From the NCBI GenBank assembly GCA_964035575.1, contig OZ037840.1, positions 558,001 through 622,000 on the forward strand: a DNA stretch of 64,000 nucleotides. Direction: 5' to 3'. The notes under the pieces are model-generated. The model saw only the letters and a program-made list of their open reading frames with translations, searched no databases and was not told the DNA's origin. Positions within the stretch are counted from its first letter, which is position 1. Every line of letters begins with the position of its first letter. Both the position numbers and the translations under genes were made by a program. The stretch comes from Rhynchopus sp. YZ270_cl-10. Lineage: Eukaryota. This document shows positions 44,579-56,400 of the stretch, piece after piece.

Positions 44579-46363
44579 ATGCTGAAGGTGCCGCGATGGC
44601 TCGAAAATGCGTTATCACTGGACGGGACGCTGGACAAGAAAGAGTGGCAGAAGAGAGTGTTGTTCTTTGCCTTCAACGTGATCGGGTTGTTCTTTGTGAT
44701 GATGAACACCGCTGTGTCTGTCGGTGTGTACGAGAGCCGCCCTGTATCAATAGTTGGGGGCGTATGCTACTTCACAGGCGCCGCCATAGGGCTGGGGAAC
44801 GTTCTCATGAAGCGCCAGCTCACGACACGTGTCGTTGTGACAGTGGCGTACATTTACGTTGCAGCAATCCTGCTGATAGACGTCACGTCACGCACACTAG
44901 GGATGACTGTCTGGGCCACTCTGGTGCTGGTTGTGGACCTGCTCTTGGTGATGCAGGTGCCACAGCGTTACACTGCGGGGATCGTGCTGTTGACAATTGT
45001 ATGGCTGATCGTGATGTCGATGGAGGAAGGCTTCCGGTTTGGTGTGTTCGACCTGCCTGGGCTTGTGCCGCAAGAGGGTGAGAATGGGAGAAAGGCGCAT
45101 TTCAGTCACAACTGTGCTGAGCTTCCTTGTGCAAGCGACACAAGCCAGCAACTCATCCATGCGCTTGCTGTCTTCGTAATAGACTTCGTCGTAACTCGAC
45201 AATTTGCACGTGACATCCTGAGAGAGCAAAAGTCGATGGAGAGGACGATCAGCACTGTGCAGGAGATTGCCTCCCTTCTTGCGGGGTACGACGTGGAGAA
45301 GGTGGCACACCTGCTGGGGGCTCATGAACATGAACTGCCTGAGGGGATGACGACGGCACTGCGGAGTCTTGAGCAGAACCTGCGTGTGTACAAGGCGTAC
45401 CTCCCGCAGACGTGTCTGCCGTTTGAGAGACGGGTGACTGAGGCTTTTCGCTTGGAGGTGTCTTGCTACGGGTCTGTGTCATCTCATGTGTCGTCTCCTG
45501 AGTCTCCTGCCGCATCTGGAAGGAGGAAGACTATGGTCCCGCAGGCTTTGGACCTCTCGTTCACAAGTGCAACACTGCTGACACTGAACATCAAAGACAC
45601 GTTGCACCGCTTGGAGGAGGACAGTGCACGCTTCTCCGACCTGTTCACAACTCTTCTTCAGAAGACGTTGCAAGCAACAGAAGTGCGTCGTGGGATGGTG
45701 GACGTTTTTGTTGGGGACAGGATCCACTGCTCGTTCAACGCATCAAAGCAGTGTGCACCACACGCATCCTCAGCACTGCACGCTGCCATATTGTTGCTGC
45801 GTGGTGGTGATGCCATTGCACCACACGTGAACATGGGAGTTGCGACTGGGAAGGTGCTGCGTGGTGACATGGGGTGTGCAGTGATGCGCCGCTTCAGCAT
45901 GGTGGGTGCTCTTGTGCGTGACGTGAACGTGCTGGAACGTGCTGGCCGTGTGTTGGGGTGCAGTGTGCTGTGCAACCGCCTCTGCTTCAGCGATGCTGAG
46001 TGCGAACACCACTTACGATTGGTTCCTTGCAAGGTGGAAGTTGGTGAGTCCCGTGAGGAGATTGTTGCTGAGTTGGTTGTGTCGAAGGAGGCAGCGGCAC
46101 AAGAAGAAGGAGAGTGGATGTACATGCTGGAAGGCAACAAGCAGTGGGAGCAGTACAATATAGCAATGCGTGGGTACCTGCGGGGTAATGTGTCCGCCGC
46201 TGCAGCAGCAACGGCAGTAGCAGCCGCGATAGCAAAAGTTGACGATAATACCGATTGTAACATTCCTGAGTTCTCGGAGGTGTGCGAAGTTTTACAGCTT
46301 CCCGTGCAGACGAGACGGATTGCGAACATGAACACAAACTCTTCCAATGCTTGTGTGAAGTGA
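44579..46363 (+). CDS. Multi-TM pseudo-cyclase receptor, array gene 4
   Basis: Paralog; ATG of MLKVPRW at 44579. Confidence 0.9.
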   Translation: MLKVPRWLENALSLDGTLDKKEWQKRVLFFAFNVIGLFFVMMNTAVSVGVYESRPVSIVGGVCYFTGAAIGLGNVLMKRQLTTRVVVTVAYIYVAAILLIDVTSRTLGMTVWATLVLVVDLLLVMQVPQRYTAGIVLLTIVWLIVMSMEEGFRFGVFDLPGLVPQEGENGRKAHFSHNCAELPCASDTSQQLIHALAVFVIDFVVTRQFARDILREQKSMERTISTVQEIASLLAGYDVEKVAHLLGAHEHELPEGMTTALRSLEQNLRVYKAYLPQTCLPFERRVTEAFRLEVSCYGSVSSHVSSPESPAASGRRKTMVPQALDLSFTSATLLTLNIKDTLHRLEEDSARFSDLFTTLLQKTLQATEVRRGMVDVFVGDRIHCSFNASKQCAPHASSALHAAILLLRGGDAIAPHVNMGVATGKVLRGDMGCAVMRRFSMVGALVRDVNVLERAGRVLGCSVLCNRLCFSDAECEHHLRLVPCKVEVGESREEIVAELVVSKEAAAQEEGEWMYMLEGNKQWEQYNIAMRGYLRGNVSAAAAATAVAAAIAKVDDNTDCNIPEFSEVCEVLQLPVQTRRIANMNTNSSNACVK

Positions 46364-47161
46364 GCAACAGTTTAAGTGTGAGACCGGTGTCTACATCTCT
46401 ATCGCCCGACCTCTCTGTTTACACTGCTCCCGTGCTCTGCCACTGCTTTCAAAAGTAGCAGAGCGGGTTTACGGCTTTACCCATTTTGACAATGATCTCT
46501 CGAGAAACCACCCCCACCCCCAGACGTATATACCCCGACCACCCATCAGTCTGCATTTCCCTTTTCTCAGATTTCCTGCACTGCCTGAACTTGCATCAGG
46601 GTTTACTTTTCCACCTTGTAGGAAACAGACCCGCGCAGCCTTCCATTTTCCATCAACATCCCCAGTCGTTGTCTCCGGTTTCCTTCCTGATCCCTGCAAC
46701 AACCTGCTCGACATCAGTCCTGCATTCCGTGTCAATAGAGAAGGGAACCTACAACTTTGCAGATGAACGACCTTCAATGTGTCAAACAACGTCTGACGCA
46801 GGCGGTTCTTGACGACCCGCATCAACGAGAACATGCGTTGCACACCTGGCCGTTCCTATTGGTAACAATAGAAGCTGTGCTGAGGCCTTTCCGCACGTCT
46901 CCCGAAGAGCAGCAGGCTTTTTTCTCTTCGACTGTATCGCTCCTTCACCCTTTTCGTGTAAGGACACATAATTCTTGCGTAGTCAACACCACAAACGACC
47001 CCACCTTTCAGGTGCTTGTCTATCGAAACACACTTCTTTTTAGTCTGCGTTCGCACGTCTCCAGTGACCGAGCAACAGGAGCTGCATGTAGCTGTGCGGC
47101 ATTTATCACAGCACCCCTCACCCCACATTTACGCAAACACAGGAGGTACAACAACTGCACA

Positions 47162-48934
47162 ATGCTGAAGGTGCCGCGATGGCTCGAAAATGTGTTATCA
47201 CTGGACGGGACGCTGGACAAGAAGGAGCAGCAGAAGAGAGTGTTGTTCTTTGCCTTCAACGTGCTCGCGTTCTTCTTCATTTCGTTATTCGTGGCTTCTT
47301 TGAGCACAACGCTGCAGGACAGACCGATTGATGTCATTGGGACTGCTCTCTTCACAATTCCGTGCTGCACAAGTATCTTAGCTGTGCTGTGCAAGGCAAG
47401 ACTGAGCACGTCTCTCGTTGTCACAATCTCGTATCTGTACGTAGGTGCAATAGTTTCCTTTGACTTCTCACTGCGTACACTCGGTGCTACAGTGTGGGCC
47501 GCACTTGTGCTGGTGGTCGACTTGCTGCTTGTGATGCAAACACCTGCACGCTACACTGTAGCAATAGTCTGCTTCACGATTGCATGGCTAGTGGTCATGG
47601 CGATGGAAGAACGTGTGCGCTTCGGTCTGCTGGACATGCCTGGTCTAGCACCACAAGGTGGTGCAGACGGGAGAAGGAGTTACTTCGACTCCTTCGTCGG
47701 GTGTACTGACCTCCCATGTCCACGTGACACGACTCAAATGCTTCTTTGTTCGTTGTCGGTGTTCGTGATAGACTTTGTTGTCACACGTCAGTTTGCGCAT
47801 GAAATCCTGAAGGAGCAGACATCAATGGAGCGGACGATCAACGCTGTGCAGGAGATTGCGTCGCTGCTTGCGGGGTACGATGTGGAGAAGGTGGCACAAC
47901 TGCTTGAGGCTCATGAACACGAGCTGCCTGAGGGGATGACGACGGCACTGCGGAGTCTTGAGCAGAACCTGCGTGTGTACAAGGCGTACCTCCCGCAGAC
48001 GTGTCTGACGTTTGAGCAGAGGATACCAGAATTTGAGCTTTCAAGCAGAGGTGTGGGTGACAGTTGCCCTATTGACACACCACCCTCGCTTTCACGAACG
48101 AGTTCGAAAGAATCGCTTTACCGAACAGTTCTCCCGCTTTCGTTGGACTTGTCTTTTACGTGTGCCACACTGCTGACACTGAACATCAAAGACACGTTGC
48201 ACCGCTTGGAGGAGGACAGTGCACGCTTCTCCGACCTGTTCACAACTCTTCTTCTGAAGGCGTTGCAAGCAACAGAAGTGCGTCGTGGGATGGTGGACGT
48301 CTTTGTTGGGGACAGGATTCACTGCTCGTTCAACACGTCGAAACAGTGTGCGTCACACGCAACCTCAGCACTGCACGCTGTCACATTGTTGCTGCGTGGT
48401 GGTGATGCCATTGCACCACACGTGAACATGGGAGTTGCGACTGGGAAGGTGCTGCGTGGTGACATGGGGTGTGCAGTGATGCGCCGCTTCAGCATGGTAG
48501 GCACACTTGTACGTGACGTGAACGTACTGGAACGTGCAGGCCGTGTGTTGGGGTGCAGTGTGCTGTGCAACCGCCTCTGCTTCAAGGAATCTGAGTGCGA
48601 ACACCACTTACGATTGGTTCCTTGCAAGGTGGAAGTTGGTGAGTCCCGTGAGGAGGTTGTTGCTGAGTTGGTTGTGCCGAAGGAGGCAGCGGCGGACACA
48701 CCTGAAGCGGAATGGATGTACATGCTGGAAGGCAACAAGCAGGGGGAGCAGTACAACACCGCAGTGCGTGGGTACCTACGGGGCGAGGTGTCTGCGAGTT
48801 CAGTGGCTGAAGCATCCCAAAGCGGCAGCAACAGAGAAGCTATGTGCAAAGCCGACGAGCTACCTGCACAGTGCGAGGTGCTGCAGCTGTCTGTGCACGC
48901 GAAGAGGCCGGCAGCTTCTCTGACTATGGTATGA
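47162..48934 (+). CDS. Multi-TM pseudo-cyclase receptor, array gene 5
   Basis: Paralog with a unique linker and tail; ATG at 47162. Confidence 0.9.
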   Translation: MLKVPRWLENVLSLDGTLDKKEQQKRVLFFAFNVLAFFFISLFVASLSTTLQDRPIDVIGTALFTIPCCTSILAVLCKARLSTSLVVTISYLYVGAIVSFDFSLRTLGATVWAALVLVVDLLLVMQTPARYTVAIVCFTIAWLVVMAMEERVRFGLLDMPGLAPQGGADGRRSYFDSFVGCTDLPCPRDTTQMLLCSLSVFVIDFVVTRQFAHEILKEQTSMERTINAVQEIASLLAGYDVEKVAQLLEAHEHELPEGMTTALRSLEQNLRVYKAYLPQTCLTFEQRIPEFELSSRGVGDSCPIDTPPSLSRTSSKESLYRTVLPLSLDLSFTCATLLTLNIKDTLHRLEEDSARFSDLFTTLLLKALQATEVRRGMVDVFVGDRIHCSFNTSKQCASHATSALHAVTLLLRGGDAIAPHVNMGVATGKVLRGDMGCAVMRRFSMVGTLVRDVNVLERAGRVLGCSVLCNRLCFKESECEHHLRLVPCKVEVGESREEVVAELVVPKEAAADTPEAEWMYMLEGNKQGEQYNTAVRGYLRGEVSASSVAEASQSGSNREAMCKADELPAQCEVLQLSVHAKRPAASLTMV

Positions 48935-50615
48935 CCCTTCTTGTGAGCTATGTTACGGAAGTAAAATGGTTTTCTTAGAACATATTACACAGCCCCGTTA
49001 ACACGAAAACGTTTCCTCCGTCTTTACTAACGTGCCATGGATATAAAAGGCACCCAGGCAACCATGTTGCACACAGTTTGTCGTGTTGTTGAGGGTTACA
49101 CAGAGCGAGAGTAAAGTTGAAACCCACCTCTATTCTATTCTTAAACGGGCAGAGGACCCCCAACCGGACCCTGCATCACAACAGACTTAACGACCTACGT
49201 CTCCAACATTCCTTTTATTCATCTGACCGATGAAAGGAAGCGGGAGTAGGGCAAGATGTCACCCACGAAATGGATTGTAGGACCGCATGGTTGGGGGGGT
49301 CCACCCACGATGCACCGGTCATTGTACCAAAAGGTACACTGTCATGTATTTCAAGTCAATTTTCTTCTGACTCATCCATATTTTATATTATTGCGGAAGA
49401 AGTTAATTTGTTCCACATACCAGACTACGTCACCCCCCCTCTACAGTGAACGCCGTGAGACATGCTTTGCAAGTAGGATAGTGTTCGGTTGTCTGTGCGA
49501 ACGCTGCTGAATGCGTTTCCTGACCAACAGCGAATGAGGGAGAGAAAAAAAAAAATGGAAACCTCCATCCTGTATGGTGTGCGCAAGAGTTTACCACCTA
49601 TCAGAAGCAACGACAGTACCGCAGCCTTCTGCGCAAGGGCCTGCTGTCGATGTGTACAAAGAAAAGCTGGCAGCTGGGATTGTTTCTTTTGCATACCTGG
49701 TGCCCCAGAAATCCAAAATACCAAGTACGCAACAACTACGCAAGAAGTACGCAATATAGGGCATTTCTGTATTTTTTTTTTTTTTTTTTTTGTGCACAAA
49801 GTGCGCAACAAGCGCGCAAGAAGTACGCAATATGGGGTCGTCAGGAGTACCAATACCGAGTTTTTTGTAGATGTAAACCACACAAATGGATGTAGGACTG
49901 CATGGTTGGGTGTCCACCCCCCGGTACAGCCGGTCATTGTACCAAAGGTACACTGTTCACGAGAGGGCTTTGTATTTCAACTCTACCTTTTCTTGGCGGG
50001 GCCTCCCAACTTGAGCAACCGGATAGGTTTCTGCAACTTAAGATTACTTTCCAGTGGTCTTTCAGGTTGTGAGGGACCCCACAAGGCTTATCTGGCGTTA
50101 CTCATCTTTTTTAGTGTCTTTTCAACAGTTTTTTTCACTCGCCACAGGGCACACAGCATCATAGCATAGCATAGTTGCTATGCACAAGCTTTGTACTACG
50201 TTATCTGTTCCCCTCCGCCCTCACCATTCTGTCTTACCGCTTTACAGTGGTCTTTGTGCACCCTCACCCTTACTGATCGCTCCTTGTGGTACGTGGTGCT
50301 GTACGCCACAACGCGTTTATTTCTCCCTGGACAACTACTCTCTTCACAATGTGACGAAGGCTAAACTCCAGAATACATTTTAAACGCGTTTTTTTTCCCC
50401 CTATCTTTTGCAGAGTCATTGGGTACTTTATCCGACCTCCCCCTCCCCCCTTTCCTCCCCATGTATTTCTCATTCTGCACCCCCACACAGTTTATCCTTT
50501 CACCAACTCAACACCACAGAGCTCTCACCACCCCCCCCCCTCCTTTTCTTCAAGGCTGAGGATCATCTTATAAATTTTTCTTTTCTTTTCCCTCATCATT
50601 TTTCCTGATGCAATC

Positions 50616-52199
50616 ATGAGGTCCCAGGACAGCTTCACCTTGACAACCCCTGTCTGCTATGATGTGCGTGGTGGGACTGTTGGGTACAAAGTTAGTGGTC
50701 GGTACCACCTTGACCGCACCGCCTCTGCTGCAGGCAAGAAGGTCTGGCGGAGCAAGCGTGGCGAGAAGGCGCTCCTCCTCGCTGGGGGGTATTGGTGTCT
50801 GACCATCGGGAGACATACGGTGTCCCGCAGTGCGACGAAGGCGGCGGGGAAGTTTCCCCACCTCTGCAAATCATGGGCAACGGGGATCGCCTCACTGCAC
50901 TCCAGCAACGAAGCGGATGTGTCCTGGGTGCGGGATGCGACCATCCAGGTCAGTCTACTGGCCTCTGCGCTCCCTATCCTCCAGATCTTCAAACCCTACC
51001 TCGGGGGCCCACAAGCTAAGCGCTATGCCGACGATTTCTGCACTGAAGCCAGCGCCTCCCGCTCAGACCTGACATACCATTACACGGAAGACTCCCTCCA
51101 CGGTGCATACCCAAGCTCCCTAGATGAGGTTAAAAGCGGAGGGTCCAACCCTACCTGCTTTACCCCAACCTACCCGCTGTCCACCCCCGCCAGCCCCACA
51201 GCACAACCCGCAAAGATTCTCCTTCTCCCAACACCACCAGATAAGCCACGAACCTCAAATCTTGCAGTTCCTCTACGGACCATAGAAGGCTTTTTGAAGG
51301 GGCGGGAGAAAGGAGCAGTGAGACCAAAAGGCGCTGTGAGGGAGCCGGTGTGGGCGAAACGGCTTGCAGCAGATACGCGGGGGTCGCAGGTGCAGTCGCA
51401 TCGGATGGAGAAGGTGAGGGAGGTGTTTCGGCGGTTTTGCGATGAGGCTGTCCCCTCTGCGGAGCCTCCACAGCACCTCACCCGGCGGAACTTCAATGCG
51501 CTGCTCCGCGCTACCTGCGGAACGTATTACGTTACCCAAGAAGGCTATACAGACCTCTGCCGCGAGGTCGGCTGTGTGTGGGATCCGTACTCCGACGCGA
51601 GCGGCGGGCTTACTGTTGCGGGGCTCGACCGTCTTTACTCTACCACACCCTCTCACGGTGCTGCACGGTGTATCCTTGCAGGGTCACTCAATGTGCATCT
51701 TGCGTTGCTACGGCGAGGAGATACACCGCGTACTACAGTAACAATGAAGCTGGCAGCAAAAAAAATACGGTCCGAGGATTTCCTAGAAACTCAGGTACGG
51801 AGATTGGGTGGAGGGGGTGGTGGTGGGGTAGGGAGTGCCCGAGGGGCGCCTCCACCCCCAGAGCCGGTGCCTGAGGTGCTTCTGCCGCGGGCGCACGCTG
51901 CAGCGATGCTGGCACGCCTTGCGACGCCAGCCCCGTCGCGTCTCGAGGCATACCTCGCCAAGGAGGCTACCGTTCCACAGCACCCCCTCCCAGAAGCGGA
52001 GCTAGAGGAAATGGTCCTGCGTCTCCATGCATCGGGGCGTGTGTCTGAGGAAGTGAGGGAGAGGAGGGTGCGTGGTGGGGGTGATGTGTGTGGTGCACCA
52101 CGTTCCGGGCTGACCGCGCCAGTCTATGAAAGCCGGAAGGCAACCCTGGCAAAGAAGTACCCAGTTCAGGAGCATCCATGGATTTCTCTGATGGAGTGA
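50616..52199 (+). CDS. Hypothetical protein, possible degenerate EF-hand-like region
   Basis: 527-aa GC-rich ORF between AT-rich flanks. 'KVREVFRRFCDE...LTRRNFNALL' and 'GGLTVAGLDRLY' resemble EF-hand helices. Confidence 0.75.
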   Translation: MRSQDSFTLTTPVCYDVRGGTVGYKVSGRYHLDRTASAAGKKVWRSKRGEKALLLAGGYWCLTIGRHTVSRSATKAAGKFPHLCKSWATGIASLHSSNEADVSWVRDATIQVSLLASALPILQIFKPYLGGPQAKRYADDFCTEASASRSDLTYHYTEDSLHGAYPSSLDEVKSGGSNPTCFTPTYPLSTPASPTAQPAKILLLPTPPDKPRTSNLAVPLRTIEGFLKGREKGAVRPKGAVREPVWAKRLAADTRGSQVQSHRMEKVREVFRRFCDEAVPSAEPPQHLTRRNFNALLRATCGTYYVTQEGYTDLCREVGCVWDPYSDASGGLTVAGLDRLYSTTPSHGAARCILAGSLNVHLALLRRGDTPRTTVTMKLAAKKIRSEDFLETQVRRLGGGGGGGVGSARGAPPPPEPVPEVLLPRAHAAAMLARLATPAPSRLEAYLAKEATVPQHPLPEAELEEMVLRLHASGRVSEEVRERRVRGGGDVCGAPRSGLTAPVYESRKATLAKKYPVQEHPWISLME

Positions 52200-52282
52200 G
52201 GAAAAGGGTGATTCCCTTCGGGGTGGGATAAATGGGGGGTTTTCAGTATTTTATTTTTATTTTTATTTTTAATTCACTTGTT

Positions 52283-52768
52283 AAATAAAGTTCTAGTGGG
52301 GCTCCGTTGGAAAAGGGTAATTTTAATTGTCGATAATTTGTCTCTGTGGAAATAAAACTACTGTATTTTCACTTTTTTTCACTTGTGTTTTTATTTTCTG
52401 TGGGAAAATACGTAGGAGCGTGATTTTTTTTTTTTTTTTTTTTTTTTCACGCCAGTGGCGTGATTTTTTTTTTTTTTTTTTTTTTCCACTGTATTTTTGT
52501 ACAGGAAAAACAACATTAATGGATTGCACAACAAATAAGTTACCCTTTTCCAACAGAGCCCCCACTAGAACTTTATGTAACACGCAAATTAAAATCACCT
52601 ATTCGAATTTTTATACAGTAGTTTATTTTGCGATAATTTCACGCTAATTTTCGATGCTCGTGAGCTCAATTTGCCTCGCTTCGCTCGGCAAATTAACCAC
52701 ACTCGCATCGAAAATTAGCGTGAAATTATCGCAAAATAAAACTACTGTATAAAAAGTCGAATAAATAG
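52283..52768. mobile_element. Composite inverted-repeat/palindromic element, same architecture as 17663
   Basis: IR at 52285-52320/52540-52576, then a ~164-bp palindrome at 52600-52763 centred on CTCGCTTCGCTCG (52675-52687). Ends GAATAAATAG. Confidence 0.65.
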
Positions 52769-53446
52769 ATATTATTTTTATTTTTATTTTGGATTTTTTT
52801 TGAAGTATGTTACGTCAAGCGTTCTAGGCTTTACAGCTGGACGGCGTTCCACTGAGGGGAAAGAAATCAGATCACTCGACCTCAAAATTGGAGGTAGGAA
52901 CAGGTTTCGGGTCCACCCACGGTGTTCTGGGCCACGCACCAAAGTACATATGTCATAGGGGTTTTGCATTTCGAGTCATATTTCTTTCGTTTTGCACAGT
53001 CAACTTGGTTTTATTTTATTTTATATAGTTGTGCTATGAGACCCCTTATCAGGTGGTCCTGTTGTTTATTCGAAAGTCTTGTGAAGAAGAAGAAAACTTC
53101 GCTGCTTGCAGAGTTGTTTCCTCGGTAGGCTCTTAATAAATGGCACAAAATTCTTCAACAGTTGACTATTTCATGAAGCCTGCGTCTACACTGTACCAGC
53201 TATTTTTCGTTTTGTTGTCCTTATTTTTCAAGATGAGTGTGTCTGCGCCCGTATGTGGTGCATTGCATGCTGTTGAAGTGTTTTGTTCTCTTGCCACGGC
53301 TTTGTGGCTGCTTCCTACTCAAACAAAGCTCCTTTACTTCTAGTCTGTGTACATATGCCAACCCACCCCTCGTTTCTGTAACACCCTCACCCCGCTCACA
53401 CCTACCAACACACAACAGATATCACTCATATTTCATAGCAACAACA

Positions 53447-56400
53447 ATGAAAACCATCACCTCAGTGCTGCTGTGTGCAGCACATATTTTTGTCGCAGAC
53501 GCGAAATGCTTGGTCGCCTCGACCCTAGCCTGGTGTCCAGCAGGAGACTTCGTGCCCATAGAAGCACCTGCAGAGGCAGCCAGCCACTCCTGTGCTGCGA
53601 AGACGTCGTGCAGGTCTGGGCTTCAGGACTGGCAGATCAAGCGCGTCGTCGACCAGCACAACTTATACCGTGCGAAGCACGGTGCATGCCCTGTGACGTA
53701 CAGCAAGACAGTGGAAGACTGGGCACTGAACAGCGACGGGTTTGACACAACGTGCAAGACCGAGAAGTCGACCCACAACTCTGGCAGTCCCTACGGAGAG
53801 AACATCGCAATGGTGGGGACGTTCACAACGAACACAGCGACGTTTGACCCTGCAGAGGGTGTGCGGAACTGGTACTGCAAAGAGGAGGGCTGCTACGACT
53901 ACAACAACCCTGGCTTCTTCAGTGACACCGGTCACTTCACAGCAGTCATCTGGAAGGGCACAACAGAGATCGGATGTGCACTGTGCCACGTTGAAGGGTC
54001 CTACGTCAAGAACTACCTCATGTGCAGCTACAACTCGGCTGGGAACGTCAGATACAAGTTCCCCGAGAACGCGCTTCCTGACGGGAACACGCCGACCGAC
54101 TGCTCACCAGAAACACCTGCACCCCCGACGGAGGACGAGTGTGCGGCAACACCCTGTGGCAGTGATCAGGACTGCAACGACCCAGACCAGACAGTGGACA
54201 GCGACTACACCTGCACGTGCCAAGCTGACAACTCTGTTGTTGAGACAGGGAAGGCAGCAGTGTGCGAGACGGACGAGTGTGCGACAGGCACTCCGTGTGG
54301 TGCAGACCAAGACTGCAACGATCCCGACACGTCTCCGAACAGTGTTACTGACTTCGTGTGCACGTGCCAGTCCGACAACTCCCTCACCAACACAGGTGCA
54401 CCTGCCACCTGTGACAAGGATGAGTGCTCAAACGACCCTTGTGAGACAGCCACCACAGGACAGACGTGTGCTGACCCGAACCCAAGCCCTTCATCAACAG
54501 GAGACTACACTTGCACCTGTGCGAACGGAGTGTCTGCAACAGGAGGAAAGGCAAGCTGCGATGTGGATGAATGTGCTGCCACACCTGCACCATGTGGAAC
54601 TGGCCAGTCCTGTGTTGACCCTGACACAGCAGCTGACAAGAAGTTCGACTTTGTGTGCACATGTGACAGTGACGCCTCCATCACCAACACAGGGGCAGCT
54701 GCAACTTGTTCAAACGACGAGTGCTCGAAGGACCCTTGCGAAACAGCCACCACAGGACAAACCTGTGCTGACCCAAACCCAAGCCCTTCATCAACAGGAG
54801 ACTACACTTGCACCTGTACAAACGGAGTGTCTGCAACAGGAGGCAAGGCAAGCTGTGATGTGGACGAATGTGCTGCCACACCTGCACCATGTGGAACTGG
54901 ACAGACGTGTGTTGACCCTGACACAGCAGCTGACAAGAAATCAGACTTCGTGTGCACATGCGACAGTGATGCAAGCATCACCAACACAGGGGCAGCAGCA
55001 ACTTGTTCTAAGGATGAGTGCTCCAACGACCCTTGTGAGACAGCCACCACAGGACAGACATGTGCTGACCCGAACCCAAGCCCTTCCTCGACAGGAGACT
55101 ACACTTGCACCTGTGCGAACGGAGTGTCTGCAACAGGAGGAAAGGCAAGCTGTGATGTGGATGAGTGTGCTGCCACACCTGCACCATGTGGAACTGGACA
55201 GTCGTGTGTTGATCCTGACACAGCAGCTGACAAGAAATCAGACTTCGTGTGCACTTGCGACAGTGACGCAAGCATCACCAACACAGGAGCAGCAGCAACT
55301 TGTTCGAAGGATGAGTGTTCAAACGACCCATGTGAAACTGCCACCACAGGACAAACCTGTGCTGACCCGAACCCAAGTCCTTCATCAACAGGAGATTACA
55401 CTTGCACCTGTGCGAACGGAGTGTCTGCAACAGGAGGCAAGGCAAGCTGTGATGTGGACGAATGTGCTGCCACACCTGCACCATGTGGAACTGGACAGTC
55501 GTGTGTTGACCCTGACACAGCAGCTGACAAGAAATTCGACTTTGTGTGCACATGTGACAGTGACGCCACCATCACCAGCACAGGAGCAGCTGCAATATGT
55601 TCGAAGGACGAGTGCTCCAACGACCCATGTGAGACAGCCACCACAGGACAGACGTGTGCTGACCCGAACCCAAGCCCTTCATCAACAGGAGACTACACTT
55701 GCACCTGTGCGAACAGAGTGTCTGCAACAGGAGGAAAAGCGAGCTGTGACGTGGACGAGTGTGCTGCCACACCTGCACCATGTGGAACTGGACAGACATG
55801 TGTTGATCCTGACACAGCAGCTGACAAGAAGTTCGACTTTGTGTGCACCTGCGATACTGATGCAAGCATCACCAACACAGGGGCAGCTGCGACATGTTCA
55901 AAGGATGAGTGCTCGAAGGACCCATGTGAGACAGCCACCACAGGACAAACCTGTGCTGACCCGAACCCAAGCCCTTCATCAACAGGAGACTACACTTGCA
56001 CCTGTGCGAACGGAGTGTCTGCAACAGGAGGCAAGGCAAGCTGTGATGTGGATGAGTGTGCTGCCACACCTGCACCATGTGGAACTGGACAGACGTGTGT
56101 TGATCCTGACACAGCTGCTGATAAGAAACTCGACTTCGTGTGCACATGTGACAGCGACGCAAGCATCACCAACACAGGGGCAGCAGCAACTTGTTCTAAG
56201 GACGAGTGCTCCAGCGACCCTTGTGAGACAGCCACCACAGGACAGACATGTGCTGACCCGAACCCAAGCCCTTCATCAACAGGAGACTACACTTGCACCT
56301 GTGCGAACGGAGTGTCTGCAACAGGAGGAAAGGCAAGCTGTGATGTGGACGAATGTGCTGCCACACCTGCACCGTGTGGAACTGGCCAGTCCTGTGTTGA

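Noticed and set aside
49575..49886. Third TGGTGTG-ended hAT element
   Set aside because: Direct repeats (aagtacgcaa..) are present, but the TIRs are degenerate and no TSD was found.
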